Source: Isurus oxyrinchus (Eukaryota). Taken from it: a stretch of 64,000 bases of DNA. The position numbers were made by a program, and so were the translations under genes. Shown here one piece after another: positions 1 to 14,329 of the stretch. The notes beneath the pieces are model-generated. The model did no database searches and had not been told where the DNA came from. It saw only the letters and a list, made by a program, of their open reading frames with translations. How positions within the stretch are numbered: position 1 is the first letter of the stretch; each line of letters begins with the position of its first letter. The stretch spans positions 13,888,001 to 13,952,000 of the forward strand of contig JANJGN010000038.1 of assembly GCA_026770705.1 (NCBI GenBank). The letters run 5' to 3'.

Positions 1-609
1 GGGGTTAATAAGCTCATTGTTCAATTGAATTGCATCTCTCGCTATTTCTATTTTTGATGTTTTATATTAATGATATTTACAGGTGAGTTGCATTAACCTA
101 ATAATTGGAGCAATCAGAAACTTGGACAAATTGTATGAGCTAAACAAATGTTAGAAATAAAGATGGGACACTCGTTTTTTTAAAAAATAAAAACAACGGT
201 GAATTTCAGCATCACACGTATTCCAACCCTTGCGTGTACAGAGTATAAAATAATGACTAAATAATAACACTGTAGCAACATATAAAACAAAGATGAATAT
301 TAAATGTATTGTTGAGAACATGCAATCTCCACATGACTAGCAACGGGCGTAATCCCAATGTTTCTAACATTTCATTTAGACAAATCACTGCAAATATTGC
401 CATTACAGATAAAGTAAACGAAGGACCTTGAGCCAATGTGGAACAACAACGTTAAGGTGCAGATCAACCATGATCTAACTGAATGCAAAAAAATACCTGT
501 CCGTATATGTTATAATTTTCACTCAGTTTACGTCGTAATTGTTCAGAACATCAAATATCAGTGTTTGTATCTGAAATAGTATAATTCAGAAAATTCACTT
601 TCTAGATTT

Positions 610-2070
610 GGGCAACGATGTTTTATGGAAAAGGCTGTGGAATTGCAAGCATTACGCCCCTGTTCAAAAAATGTGGTAAGAATAATCCCAGTAATTACAG
701 ACCAGGCAGCTTAACTTAAGCGGTGGGCAAGATTCTGGAAAGAAAAATTATTACAGATGGAATTAGCAGTCACATGCAAAAATAATGGTTGATAAACAAG
801 AGTCAGCATGGATTTCTCAGGGGGAAATCGTGTTTAACGAACTTGCTGGAGTTATCTGAAGAGGCGACAGAAAAGGTCAATGAGGGTAATGCTGTTTAAG
901 TGGTGTGTATGGACTTTCAAAAGGCATTTGATACAGTGCTAATCAACAGACATGTGAGAAAAGTTATTGCCCATGGAATAAAATGGACAATAACAACGTC
1001 GATGCAAAATTATGTGAAAAAAATAGGAGGCAGAGACTAATGGTCAATTGATATTGTACCAGTTGGAGGGAGGTTTGCAGTGGAGTTCCCCAGGGATCGG
1101 CACTGGGACCTTTGCTTGTCCTGATATATTTTAATTATTCAGAGCTTGGTGTGCAGGGGTGAATTTGAATGCTTGCGGATGATACTCAGCTTGGGAGTGT
1201 TGTAAACAGCGAGGAGGACAGTGCAGAACTTCAAGAGGACATAGCCAAGTTGATGGACTGGGGAGGTAGGTGGCAGATGAAGTTCAATGCGGAGAAGTGT
1301 GAAGTGTTGTATTTTATAGGATGACTATTTACAGACAGTCTAAATAAGGGATAAAATTGGAAACAGGGTGCAGAAGCAGAAAGGCCTCGGGTGTATATGA
1401 GCATAGATAGTTGAATGTGACAGGGTGGAGAGAGAAGTTAATGAAGCAAACGGTATACTGGGTTTTGCTAATAGGGGTATAATGTACAAGAGCACGGAGG
1501 TTAGCTGATTTTATATATGACGCTCGCGAGGCCTCAGCTGGAGCATTATGTACAGTTCTTGGCGCAACATTATAGGAAGGATGTAAACACATTGGAGAGA
1601 GTGCAGAGGAGGTTTACAAGAATGGTTCCACGGATGAGAATCTTCAGCTATGTGGATAGATTGAAGAGGTTCAGACTGTTCTCCTTGGAGAGATGAAGGC
1701 TAAGAGGAGATTTAATAGAGATGTTCAAAATCACGAGGAACCTGAACAGATTAGATAAGGAGAAGCTGTTGCTGGTCATTAAAGGATAAAGAACGAGAGG
1801 ACAATGAAGCAACTGTGACGTGGGAGAAAACACTTTCAGGCAATAGTGGTTTGGGTCTGGAAGGTGCTACCTGGTATTATAGAGGAGGCAGTTTCAATGG
1901 AGGTTCAAGAAGGCATTGGATATTTGTTTTGAATAGAAACAATGCGCATGGGTACAGGGAAAAGGCAGGAGACTGACACTAGGTCGTTATGCTCATTTGG
2001 GGAGTCGGTGCAGACACGATGGGCCGAAAGGCCTCCTTCTTTGTCATTATGATTTTGTGGTCCTGTTATA
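610..2070 (+). mobile_element. CR1-type LINE, 5'-truncated, decayed RT and 3' end (copy A)
   Basis: Broken RT motifs (HGF..GKSCL.NLLE, MDFQKAFD, GVPQGS.LGP, ADD) and a CR1 3' tail (GGGCCGAA.GGCCTCCTTCT). Confidence 0.88.
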
Positions 2071-4383
2071 TTGGTTCTCCCTTCTTGTGTCCTTAACGGA
2101 TTTTCTTTAAACGTGTTAAAACATTGGCTAGAAATAGATCTTCAGTGGAATTGATTTGGAAGCATCAGGGATCACAGAGCAACAAGCCTCCAGAGTAGTC
2201 CACAAACAAGGGTTTTGTTTTTAAACATATGTTTCAGGAATCTATGTAGCTAACAAGCAGTCAGGTCTGCCTTTAGTTTCCATTGGGTCTCTAAAAGGAT
2301 GTAAGCCCGTGCGACTGTGCCAGAAATCAATGTCTATGTTACTTGCATGATGCTGGTAAGCGAAGATGCAATGCTGTGCTCCTCTGGGAGCTGTATATGA
2401 GATATGCACAAAACGTTTTGAAAATTTGCTCAGCTACGCAGCACTAATTAAATAATTTCCACATTCAAATATGGTCTATTAACAATTCTGGAACAAATGC
2501 CAGTAGATAAAGTCTTTCCTTAACAAAATGAGATTATCAATATAAGTGGTGACCAGATGAGTGCTTACTATTACTGCAGATCTTGTTTCGAGAATGTATT
2601 TTTGGGATTATTCACATGTGTGTTTCCATTTCCTAAAGGGAATGCTTGGACCTTCTGTAACAGCTGGCGAGCCTTAACGCATCCCAGGACAAGGACAGGT
2701 TCGACAAGCCTGGTGGGTTGTCTGCGAGCTCACGAACGTGGTAAGGGCGTTTTTCTTGTTAATTTTCAAATTCAAATTGTCATAAAATATTTTAAAAATG
2801 ACTGAGACAGGAAACAATCCTACTATTTCAAAAGTAGTACTAATACATAGCGGCATTCAATGTTTTCTTCTCAATTTATTTTAATTGATTAAGTGGGATT
2901 TGCTGAACATACTCGGTTGTTGTAATGATGCACAATTCTATTTAGCGCTGCTGCTTAAGAAAAAAAGTGTTAATTTATGAGGTAATAGAAGTAAATTAAG
3001 CAGAGTTGCCACGGATTGGCTGAGGCTATGCAGCAACCACAAGGTGAAGTGGTGTAATGGAGCAGCTGCTAATGCTGATAGAGTCACACAATCTGTCCCC
3101 AAGAGGACTTCGCCACCAAGCTTTGAATATAAAGCTGAAGGGCCCTGTGGTTAAAGAGCTGCTATTTCACCTGCAGTGTAAAAAAATCATAGCATTAAAA
3201 CCCAGTGAGTACCGCAATGAGAAAAATGATATTCAGTTCAACTGTAACGTCCGGGGTATACAACAACAACAATAACAACAATATTATGTATAACTATCGT
3301 GAAAGATAGCAATCATTCTGGGTTTGGGAATTACCCCCCGCCATCAACATTCAGAAGCCTAAGTATGGAGAATATCACTTGTGTGTCTTCTCGATCTTTA
3401 AGTCAATTATTTGTTATGGATGTTAAATACCCCACTATCATTATACAATTTTCAGAAACAAATATGACGATACTCGTGAATCATTGCTTGACTCCTAGCA
3501 CACCTAACGTAGTCCATCTGCAGTTCCTATGATTGGAACATTGCATTCCAAATGAAATTTGAACGATAGTGTTTCTTTAAAAATTGCTGCTTACTCAGTA
3601 TGTTTGGACCAGAAAAACGCCATCCCATTAGTATTTTGATCATCCGCTAGCTTTCAATGAAATATTGACCTGGACAAAAAATTCTTTTATTCTCATGTAT
3701 CTGTTCAGAACTTTCCCATTTCCACATTATTACCTTTGACTATCCCTATGCTTCAAAGTCAGTCCTGACATGGTTTTTGCGTGTACAAGAATTGTCATTC
3801 TTTTACTGGCAAGCTAAATTAAACTGCTTTCTATTGTAATGCCATGTTCTGTTCAAAGTCTATTGCACCCTCTCGGTTAGTATTGTCAGTGATTGTATAT
3901 ATACTCTGCTCTGTTCCTTCTAATTCCAGTGAATTGCTTTGCAGTATGGTCTCACAAGGTGAGTAAGTATAAGCATTCTCCATTTTAATATCATGGATCA
4001 TGACGTAAGGTTTAGAAAATATGTTGATGTTACATGAACAATATTGTAGCTAAATGGTTAAACCTACTGCAGTTTTGGGAGGAGAGAAGTGCAGTTGGTT
4101 GAAGTATAGACTGTGATCGACAGCATTGTCAGAGAGGACGGGCATGCTGAAAAAACATTGTTGTTAGTTTCTGTTTGTAATCACTACCTAATAAGCGAAT
4201 GTTCGCAATCTACATTGCAAATGTGCAGTTAGGAATTTTTAATGCCATGGGGGAAATAAGGACTGAGAAAATGGCTTTGGAATGTGAACTGAATAATATC
4301 CTTGCTCTAATTATCCTTTGCTTTCCTCATGTGAAAGCAATCTTGCTCCCAATGCTCCCTGAGCAATGCTACAGATTTTCTGG

Positions 4384-4412
4384 TGTGTGTGTGTGTGTGT
4401 GTATGTGTGTGT
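4384..4412. repeat. (GT)n microsatellite
   Basis: Visible directly in the sequence. Confidence 0.9.
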
Positions 4413-4794
4413 ACATGAGAGGAATATTATTAAGTACATACAGATATAAACAGATAGGTGACAGGTACAGAGATGGTTAGTCGGAAAGAGAGATGGAAAA
4501 AATGAGAGATGAGTGAAATATATCAAGTATGAGACAGAAACAAAAAAAATGTTCACACTTGAATGTGTAATTATTCAGAATTTGATGTTTAGCAACTTGT
4601 TTAATTTGAGACATGTCCGCTGTCTCCAACTCTGTATCAATGTGTCACTCTCCTACTGGACTATACAGAGGGGTCCAACATCAAGTGCAACCATGGAATA
4701 CGTCTTTATTCAAAATGATAGCTAAATAAGTGGATAGATACAGTTGGAAAATCATTATAGATAAGAGAGAGAAAAATATTAATAAAAAAGGAAG

Positions 4795-5100
4795 AATTGC
4801 ATTTATGTAGCACTATTCACCACATCAGAACGTCCAGCGCCTTTTCTGTCTAGTGAAATCCTCCTGAGCTGTAATCACTTTTGTAATGTATGGAACATGG
4901 CAGTCGATTTCCACAAAACAAACTCCGCAAGCTCAATGTGATAATGACCTGATAATCTCCTTTTCATGATGTTGATTGAGTGATAAATATTTAACAGGGC
5001 TTCGGGTAGAACTTCCCTGTCCTTCTTCGAAATAATGTCACAGGATCGTTTGCTTCTGTCTGAGGAAGCAAACGGGACTTCGGTTTACGGTCCCACGGCA
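4795..5100 (-). mobile_element. Deu-domain SINE (SacSINE1/AmnSINE1-like); second copy at ~21705-22010
   Basis: Reverse complement resembles the Deu-domain core as I recall it (TTCGAAGAAG..CAGGGAAGTTCT..., CAATCAACATCA..., GATTATCAGGTCATTATCACATTG). Not checked against a library. Confidence 0.7.
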
Positions 5101-6199
5101 GAGGACAGCAAAATTTCCCGGATCAAAATTAATAAATAAACATCAAGTTTCCAACATGAATAAAATAATAAACATGAGTAAGGTGCAAAGGAAATCAATC
5201 AACTCATGTATACTAATCGAGGAGCATCTGGAGTTCCTGTGGGCCTGAGAATCTCCTGAAGTGCATTAATCATAGGAGGTTGTCATCCTGTCTATCTAGT
5301 GTTCAGGAGGTTAGTAAGTGGTTGGTTATCCGATAGGTTAAGGAAATGCTCACAGTGCAGGAATCCTCCAGGATTGTTACATATTCAAATCGGTTTGCAG
5401 GGCTTTGAGTAGAGCTGTCTAGTAATCATCCACGTCACTAGGGGCCAGATTTAAACAAGTCAGTGAATCATAAAGTGGAGGATTGCAGTTCTTTAGGGAA
5501 CTTGACAGTCCGGGGAATTGGCCAGCGCTTCTGCCACCACCAACATAAGTTTCACTTTAGCTCAATTGTGCCAAAGTCAGTTACATCACTGAGTAGATGA
5601 AGAAGATTTTGAAAAGGAAAGGAAAATGACCAAAAGTCCATGTTTCAACCAATGATACAGGTAGGGAAAGGATTGAGATTCTACCGAAATAATTTCAGCA
5701 CCTAGAGCACATCCTTCCTGTTGGCAATCTCCCGATTATCCCCAGTGCTACAGAACGGTTAGTGCAAGAGCAGCAAAATAATCCAGGTTTAATGTACGAA
5801 TGACGAAACTGTTCAGAAGATGCTTCAAAATATGGGGCCAATGGGACCATTTGAGAGGCTGTTCGGAACTGAAGAATGTGGACGCATTGCATACAAAGAG
5901 GACTGAAATCAATCCATCGCAGGAATATTAATCAAATCGTGGTGGAGGCTTTAAATGAGTATAGCAGAGAAGGCACATCCAACTCCACTACCCCACCACC
6001 ACCACCCCCTACCCCCAACACCACCCACCCAACAGATGAAGAACTTGAGGGCAGAGAAAAATTGCAGAGAGCGTAAAGAAACAAATTAGATTTAATTGAG
6101 GAACAGCTCCGAATTAGATAGGTTGGTGCACGGAGAATTGCAAAACAATCCAAGATCACATTGTGCCCATGTGTGTTAATTCCTGGTAAATGTTAATTA

Positions 6200-8700
6200 A
6201 CATCATTGGGCTGTAGGTACGAGAGACCACGTAGCATTATGTTGTAACTGCAGTAACAGAGACCTAGGGGAAGTGAGGGAAGGCATGTCAATTTTGAAAT
6301 CATGTCGACAACATTTTGAGGAAAGATGAGGAAGGAAAAAAAAGGAGCGAAGGTGGAACATTTACGTAATATACTTTCTAAGCATTAGAAAGTGTTGGTG
6401 TACTTGAGAGTTCGAACACGGAATTTGTTTCAGTAGAACTGATGAATAGCAGAAACATTATTAGGTGCTAGGTGTATAAAATGGACCACAACATAGTGGG
6501 GAGGAAATGGAGGAGCAAAACTACAGGAACATCACAGAAATTTGCGAGAAATTCAGCGTATTGGCGATAGGGGGCATCATTTATTATACGAGGCTGAATT
6601 AAACTGTATCAAACAAAAAGACATGGAGTAACTCGTGCAATGTGGATAAGATAGTTCTCATGCTCGCTGTGTTTTACCCCCAATCAAGGAAGGAAGCAGT
6701 CGTATCTAGTTCTAAGGAATTATGTGAGGCATGTAGCAGACGGAGATAATATGGAAAATAATGATAATATCATTATGTTTAAAGTACATATGGATTTGTA
6801 GAAGAACTAATCATATGTGAAAATATTCAACGGAAGTGGCGTTAATTTTGGTGAATGGAAAGGTGACGTGCTCCAGATGGATTGACGTGAAAGACTAAAC
6901 AAATCACTAAATGAACAAGAGGAGGCTCTCTGAGTGGCGATAGTTTATTTTCATAAAGCAGACAAAGGGAATGATAAGAGATCATGTAAAAAGTGGCAAA
7001 GAGCATTTGGCAATAGATTATCAGGTAATGGAAAGGTGAGTCTAAACCTCTGTTCTAAACATGTAAAGAGAAAACATGTAGCCAAAATAAGGCTGAGTCA
7101 ATTAGAAAGCGAAAGTTAACTTTATTCTGGAGGTAGAGGGAGTACGACGTAGGGACTAAGTTAATACTTTGCAAAAGTCTTCAGGGAAGAAATTAACGCT
7201 GGAAATGTCACAGTCAGAAGGTGGCACTGGAAAGAAAATAAAAACAGAGGGGAGAAGCACAGATGCAAGGGAAGAAGTTAATGTTCTGCCAGTGCACAAG
7301 GTGAAAAATTCACCCAGTTGGATGGGATGCATCAGAAACGGATTAGTGAAGTAAGCATTACAATTGCAGATAGTCTGGACACGACGTTGCAGTTCTGCTT
7401 TGATATGGGCCTAGTTACAGTAGAATGGAAGCTTATCAATAACGTACCCTGTCCAAAAAAAGATAACATTATGCAATTGAACTACACGTCAGCTCCCCTC
7501 GCGCCAGAGGTGGGGAATATTCCAGGAACCACAGATCAGTCTTGTCTCCAGTTCCCAGCACTAACCTTCAGGATGAAAAGGCTTAGCGACAGAAGCAATG
7601 AGAATTACTGGTATGGGACCAGGAATAAAACATTCAGTTATGTGTTGGCACTGGAAAACCTAGTATGTTGGAATAGAAACGATTATGAGTAGATTTTAGT
7701 AAATAATGGAAAGTGCTTCCAGCACAAGAATTGCCAGCTATTTGTCTCTGGGAGGGGGGCCTCTGAATTGGGATGTACTTTATCTGCTATGCTTGTCAAG
7801 GGTTTGAGAAGTCGGAATAGAAAGCAGTACACCTCAATTTGCTGACAATGATAATTTAAGCAGCACAGCAAAGAGTAGAAAGTCGCAAGTGGTCTTCCTA
7901 AAATTAAATCAATGCGGGATTGGGGTAGGCTCTGCACAACGATATGTAAAGTTCCTTATGGAAACGTGAGGTCATCTAGTCTGAAATTAAGGAAGATAGA
8001 CGATTGTTATTTTCTAACAATGAGACGATAAAAACTGTAGAACATCTCGAATAATTAGCTTTCCAACTACGGAAATCCTTAAAGTTAGTGGGAAAGGAAT
8101 ACAAATAATTAAAGAAGCAAATGGATAGTTGGCTTTAACCCTGGGCATGGGGTAGTTGGAATCCAAAGGGGTAGATACCTTGTCTCAGTTGTACAAAGCT
8201 CTCGTTACTTTGTTCACTTCTGCGAAGCCCACATCAGGAAGTGCTTGCAGGGATGGAACAGAGATTCACCAGAACAACACCGGTCACAAAATGGTTAAAA
8301 TTATGCCAGCATGATCTTCACCTTCGGATTGTGTTGCCTGGACGATTACAGGGTGATCTAATTGAGTTACTTAAATAATTACTTGATATGGCTGTTAATA
8401 TAGTAATAAACTAAAAACAAAAATCTACCATATGACAACAACACGAAAAAAACCTTAAAAGTAGAGTTTGGTATTTCAGGGACGAATCGAGGGAACACTT
8501 CTTTGCACATTGGCTGGATGCCATCTAAGACTCTCCCCTCAGCCCAAAAGGAAATTTAAATGTGGAGGTTGGATGCCAATTTAAATGCTTACAACTGCGT
8601 TTGACAGAGCTTTGTTAGTTAGGCATATTAATAATCATGAAGGTAAGATGTGCTTAATTCGCTAAAGCACAGATCAGCCACAATCTGAATGAATGATGGA
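6200..8700 (+). mobile_element. Highly decayed CR1-type LINE ORF2 (endonuclease to RT); second copy at ~23070-25555
   Basis: Remnants such as LGVYYGP, KNSPSWMGCI (the KSPGPDG.HP region) and a CR1-like 3' end (CAGATCAGCCA..ATCTGAATGAATG). Confidence 0.65.
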
Positions 8701-9687
8701 GGATGGTGAGCGCCACAAACTTCCCTTTGTCTTCTTCTTGACATAATATTTACTCTTCGGTTTAATCCTAACCTTAACCGTTGTCATTTGCTAAAATTGA
8801 AGCCCAGATCTATAGTTTATTTTTCTATGATTGTGGATTTTTGGGCCAACCGACCTTCATCTTGTATCATTTGCTGATCAATTTAAAAGCTAACATTTTC
8901 TCCATTCCTTCCGTCAATCCCCTTCTCACCTATTAACAATGCTCCTGTTTGGTAGTCTTCCATAGTAAATGTTTGTTTTCATCTCTCCAACGGACACATC
9001 ACCTCCTATTCTTCCCTAGTCACTGCTTTCTTCGTGTCTCCACAATGATCCATTTCCCATCATTTCATAGGGTACGCTTTCCTAATCATTTCACAGTGAT
9101 TAACCTTACATCCTTGTGAGCTAGTGCTTTCCTCAACCCGCACTGTTTTCCACCTCCTAGCAATCATAATAAATGACTTTCCATTCGATTTACGTTGATC
9201 CATCTCCCATCAATCTGCAATCAATAATTTCTTCATCTCTTTACAGTGATCCATGTTTGCATGCAAATGCTTTGCTTGTGCGCTCTGCTTTCTCTCAGAG
9301 AAAACTTCTCGTGACTTCAAAAACCTCATGGTCAATGCTTCAAGGGATTTGCCATCACATCACCAACTGGTTCTGGTCATTACCTAAAGATCCAGAATCT
9401 AGAAACAATGCATCTTTTTTTTCATCATTGACATATTCTTCTGCTTAATGTGGCAATAATATTACTATGCATTAAGCCTTCTCCCCAATCTTCAAAATAG
9501 GGAGGCTTACAAAATATATAGATGGAAATTACTAATGAAACTCAACCTAACGCTGTGGGATAGGTTTAAATTATGCAAATATTGAAATGTTTAGTTCTTC
9601 ATCTGTATCTTTGCTATATCTCGGTAAGAAATTCAACTGTTGAATAAATTTACACATTTTCCCGATACTACTGCGAGCCATCTTGAC

Positions 9688-9846
9688 CTTAAGGCCTGTC
9701 ACATATGAGCTGTATATCGTACTTAGAATGAACAAAGTGACGAAAGTGACTACTGTTGATGCCGTGCCTAAATACTCATCGAAGTTTTTTTAATCCGTCT
9801 TCCTCTACCAATTGGTCTTCCAGACCTTCCATTATTTGAGGGAGTT
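9688..9846 (-). pseudogene. Duplicated IgNAR TM1 exon, frameshifted (+1 nt in an A-run, TGA at 9776-9778)
   Basis: Aligns to 28236-28393 with 12 substitutions plus one insertion. Acceptor intact; donor reads GTCAAG. M->T and V->G changes fall inside the TM helix. Confidence 0.8.
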
Positions 9847-10299
9847 CTAGAATAAATAAATGGAGTGTGTTATAAATGAGATCAGGTTGAATATAGACCA
9901 GATATAACACAAAGGCGGCAGCTGGCAGGGGTATGCTGCATTGGAAGTCAAAGTAAAGGAACATGAAAATACCTTAAGTCGATTAATGTAATTTTACAAA
10001 AACATGGGTATGTTTGTTGGGTGGTGACATTGGGTGTCATATAGGGTACCTAGGTCATAGGAGTGATTTTAAATGATAATGTGTGCATCATTTGCACGTT
10101 TACGTGAAAAATGATCAATCCCATGTGATTGAAGTTTAGTTTTTCTCCTTTAGCAGCCGATAACACCAAAATAATCAAAAATCTATTCAGAAGGTTCACT
10201 CGGCCCCTATCTGAATAGAAGGGTGGACTCAGGCTCGAATCACTTGCAGTTCACAGGCTAAATAACCTAACAGATCATCAGGAAAATGGGGAGGAGTCA

Positions 10300-11625
10300 C
10301 AGAAGAATTTAGGAGGTCTTGTCAGTAGCAGAACCAGGCACACCAAAAAAAGAGGTGTCAACCTGGGGGAGCTATAACACAGGACTGCTTGCATGCCAAA
10401 CAGCATAATCAGTAAGTGATAGGCAGAGCTAAGCGATCCTGCAACCAATGGATCAGTTCTGCCACATGCAGTTGTGAATCACGGTGGACAATTAAACAAC
10501 TCACTGAAGGAGGAGGCTACAAAAACATTCCCATCCTCAATGATGGAGGAGCCCAGCACATCAGTGCAATAGATACTGCTGGAGCATTTGTTGCAAGCAT
10601 CACCCAGAGTTGCCCAGTGGATGAGCCACCTTGGACTCATCTGTACGTCCCCAGAATCACAGATGCCAGTCTTCAGCCAATTCGATTCACTCCACGTGAT
10701 CTCAAGAAAAGGCTGAAGGCATAGAATTGTACAAATGCGACGGTCCAGGAAAATATTCCGTCAATGGTACTGATGACTCGTACTCCAAAACTTGCCAGGC
10801 CACTAGCAAAGCTATGTGCTAGTTCATCTACAACACTGGGTTGCTCAGGATAGTGACCTCGGCCCAACCACCTTCAGCTGCTTCATCAATGACCTTCCTT
10901 TCATCATAAGGTCAGAGATGGGGGTGTTTGCTGATGATTCCACAATTTAAATACACAATTCGCGACTCCTCTGATGCTGAAGCAGTTCGTGTCCAAATGC
11001 AGCAAGACCTGTACCGTAACCTGTTTTGGACTGACAAGTAGCAACTAACAATCGTGCTACTCAAATGACAAGCTATGTCCCTCTGCAACAAGGGAGAATC
11101 TAGCCACCAATCATTACCAATGACATTACTATCGCAGAATCCCCCTGGTATAAACATCCTGGGGGTTAACATTGACCCGAAATTGAACTGGCATATAAAA
11201 ACTTTGACTACAAGATCAGGCCACAGGCTAGGAATCCTGGGACGAGAATCTCACCTCCTGACTCCGCAAAGTCTGTCCACCAATCTACAAAGCACAACTC
11301 AGGAGTGCCATTGGATACTCTCCACTTGCCTGCATGTGTACAGCTCTCACAGCACTCAAGAAGCTGGAGAACATCCAGGCAAACCCGCCCACTTGATTGG
11401 CATCACATGTGCGAACATGTACCCCCTACAGCACAGTAGCATCTGTGTGCATCATCTACTAGATGCACTGCAGGAATGCAACAGGACTCCTTCGACAGCA
11501 CCTTCCAAGCACATAAGCTGTGGGTCCACCTACACCACATGGCTGCAAAGCCGCTCACCAGCTCAAGGGCTATTAGGAATGGACAATAAATGCTGGCCAA
11601 GCCAGCGAAACCCACATCCTGTGAC
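10300..11625 (+). mobile_element. Non-LTR retrotransposon fragment (second family, CR1/L2-clade-like) at the duplication breakpoint
   Basis: NIPILNDGGAQHISA, LQPIRFTPRD and FADD-like remnants, plus the family 3' tail (GGGC.ATTAGG.ATGG.CAATAAATGCTGGCC). Confidence 0.75.
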
Positions 11626-11759
11626 TGAAAAGTATATGCCAGGGAATCCACTGTCTCTGGCACTTTTAGGCGCCCAAGTTAAATGCCATCAGGCCCTGGG
11701 AACTTGGCGGATTTCCGTTTTTTTTGTCTTCAGTAATTTTTCTGTTGATATAAATTACC

Positions 11760-13700
11760 TTAATTTATTCACTCTTATAAGCACTTATGTTAACTTATAT
11801 TCCTGGTGAGCATCTTGTAATTTCCATTGTGAAGGTACTCACCACCTATCTGTTCAATTTCCCTGCCATCTCGTCATTCCCGGTAACAATTTCCCCTGAC
11901 ACTAGTAAGTGTTTACTTCAGTTACATTCATTTTTTAACTAGTGAAAGTTTTTACAATCTGTTTTATGCTCCTGTCTAGTGTGCTCTGCAATTGAATGCT
12001 TTCCCCCCTTTTTAACAACTTTTGGCTGATCCTTTCATTCTTTGTAATACAATCTTAATCCTCAGTCTTGCTCCCACTCTTTGCAACATTATACGTTTTT
12101 CTTTTTAATCTGATACCATCTTTACTTCCTGAGTAATACTCGGATGTGATTTTTCTTGTTGAGTTTTTGGTTTTACAATCGAATGAATTTTGTCCAAAAA
12201 TATGAATTGCTCCTTGAAATTGTTCCCACTGTTTATTTACTACTATAACTGTAATTCGTTTACCCCAACCACACTTACTCAGTCCTCTCCTCATTCCTAA
12301 ATAATTGGTTTTATTTAAATTGAATGTTATTGTTTGGTAGAATATGTTGCTCTCAAGCTTAACGTGGAAGTTAAATGCATAACGATCAGCAGCTCCCAGT
12401 GGATCTTTAATAATGTCCCATTTTCCGCGAAGCATTGTTCCAAGAAATAATCATCTTCTTGACAACCCTTGTCAATTTGTTATGCCTTATTTTTATGAGG
12501 ATTAAAATTCCCCAGCTTTATTAAATAGCCTTTGTGACAGGTTCCAATAATTTCTTGTTTTTGCTCTTTGCAACTGTTAGATTCTCCTAGTGGATGTATA
12601 ACCTACTCCCACCAGGGTTTACTGACTCTCTTTGTCCAAAATATTCACCTAACCAGATTCCACTGCATGATCTTCTGATCCAAGGCCCTTGCTCACTAAG
12701 GTCCTTATGCCATCATTTACTATCAGTACCGCTTGGCAATTCAGTCTGCATTTGAAACATATTGCGTAGCCTGGAATACTTATACTACAACCTTAGTCAC
12801 CGTGCAGCTCTGTTTCTGTATTGACGAATAGCTGTTAGTTGTTTATCTCGATTTGTGACAATAGTTCATCGACTTATCGTATTGTGAGTGTATTTCTGTA
12901 TCCTGACAAGGATAATTTAGTTTAATGTCGGCGACTATTGCCTGAATGTTATTTTTTCACTTTCTGATGCAGGATTACTGTTCAACTCTTTGCACCTTCC
13001 TGATCTGCTCTGCTGGTTTTTAGTTTGTTCCATTGCCTTGACTTTTATCTTCATATTTCTATACCTCCCTTCACACAGACTCTGCTCCCACCCTACATTT
13101 GACGAAGTAACAGAAACCCTAGTTATACAGTTCACCATGACACTGCCAACAGCCATGTTTCAGCACAGCCTGTGCCAATTGAACAATCCTATCTTTAATG
13201 GGTGCTTGTGCCGCTTCCCCATGAATGCCGTCTTTCTGCTCATTCAAGTAGGCCACAAGCACATCTGTCTCTTGGGAAAATTCAAGGGCTCTGAACCCAC
13301 CATCAGTATCTACAGCATACTGATCCCTGCCTATCTCACAGTCATAATCCGCTGTCTCTGGTAATTGCAAGACTCTAACTTTCTACTTGGCCTAAAGGGC
13401 TGAGAGAGGTTCCTGGAACACAATGTCTGGATAGTGATCCCCCTCCCAGATGCTACACAAAGTCTGGGTCTCTGGCTTCTGCTTGCCGTCGAATGCCTTT
13501 AAGGAGCCTATCTATAACTACTGTACACTATCAGAGAGTTTGCGATGTACATGCTCAATTAATCATCACGCTGAAGATATGAGCAGCTTGAGGGACAGGA
13601 CCTGTCAGCGCACTTGCAGAGATTGGTGCATGTGGTTTCACCCCATGAAATAAAAGAGCCCACATAATTGTGTTACCAATCTTCTTGGTTGTGGTATCTG
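11760..13700 (-). mobile_element. Decayed CR1-type LINE 5' part (ORF1/endonuclease remnants)
   Basis: Minus-strand remnants resembling the CR1 endonuclease (IIKDPLG..D...F.F) and an ORF1-like segment; many stops. Confidence 0.5.
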
Positions 13701-14329
13701 TGTGTCGCAGAAACCAAAACATTGCTCAATAGATCAGAGGCGAAATCTCTTGCCACAGATTTAGTTTTTTGGGATTGCAATCATTCCACAGATTCTGATG
13801 TTTTTGAATTAAAGCACGCCAGTATGACTGTCATGGCTGAATAATCTTATTTAATGAACAAATCAATTATATACTAATTGATACAGCTAAACTAGTAACA
13901 AGTTATCCCCCATAGATTTTTGGCAGAAAAAAACCTACCTGCTACTGAAGGCCCCAGAATGGTACAAAAAGTGCACCTCCTTCTTCCTTTGCACCGATTT
14001 CCCACTTAAACCAAATTCCCAAATTGGCTTTTGTTCCTCGTCGCAGGCAAGCCTTGTCATCTCACTTTGTCATCTCACACTGTATAATTCTCTCGAGAGA
14101 GCAGATGGCGCAAACCAAGATGCAACTGCTAAGTCAGCTGTCTGCTCCAGTAAATAACATCTATTCAGGTAGCAACTTTCAGTTGGCTGACTGATAACTG
14201 AAAGTGACATAGGCGTTTCTGTTAACTATGCCTGTTAACAAGCACACCTAAGTTTCATATCAGAGAGTGACTGCTAATCTGAATTCTATCTTGAGAAACA
14301 CTTAGCGGAGATATTCCTGTTGTATGGCA

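Larger units (their letters stand above)
1..10300. repeat. Segmental duplication copy A (runs off the window's left edge)
   Basis: Collinear with 16800-~28818 from the first base (GGGGTTAATAAGCTCATTGT) to ...GGAGTCAC at ~10300. Confidence 0.95.

Noticed and set aside
2557-2805. Plus-strand ORF also seen at 19425-19628
   Set aside because: The similarity is explained by the segmental duplication; starts differ between copies and there is no recognisable domain.
11075-11809. Longest ORF in the track (244 aa) as a novel gene
   Set aside because: It lies in a decayed LINE RT C-terminus (INILGVNIDPKLNW) and drifts through shifted frames.
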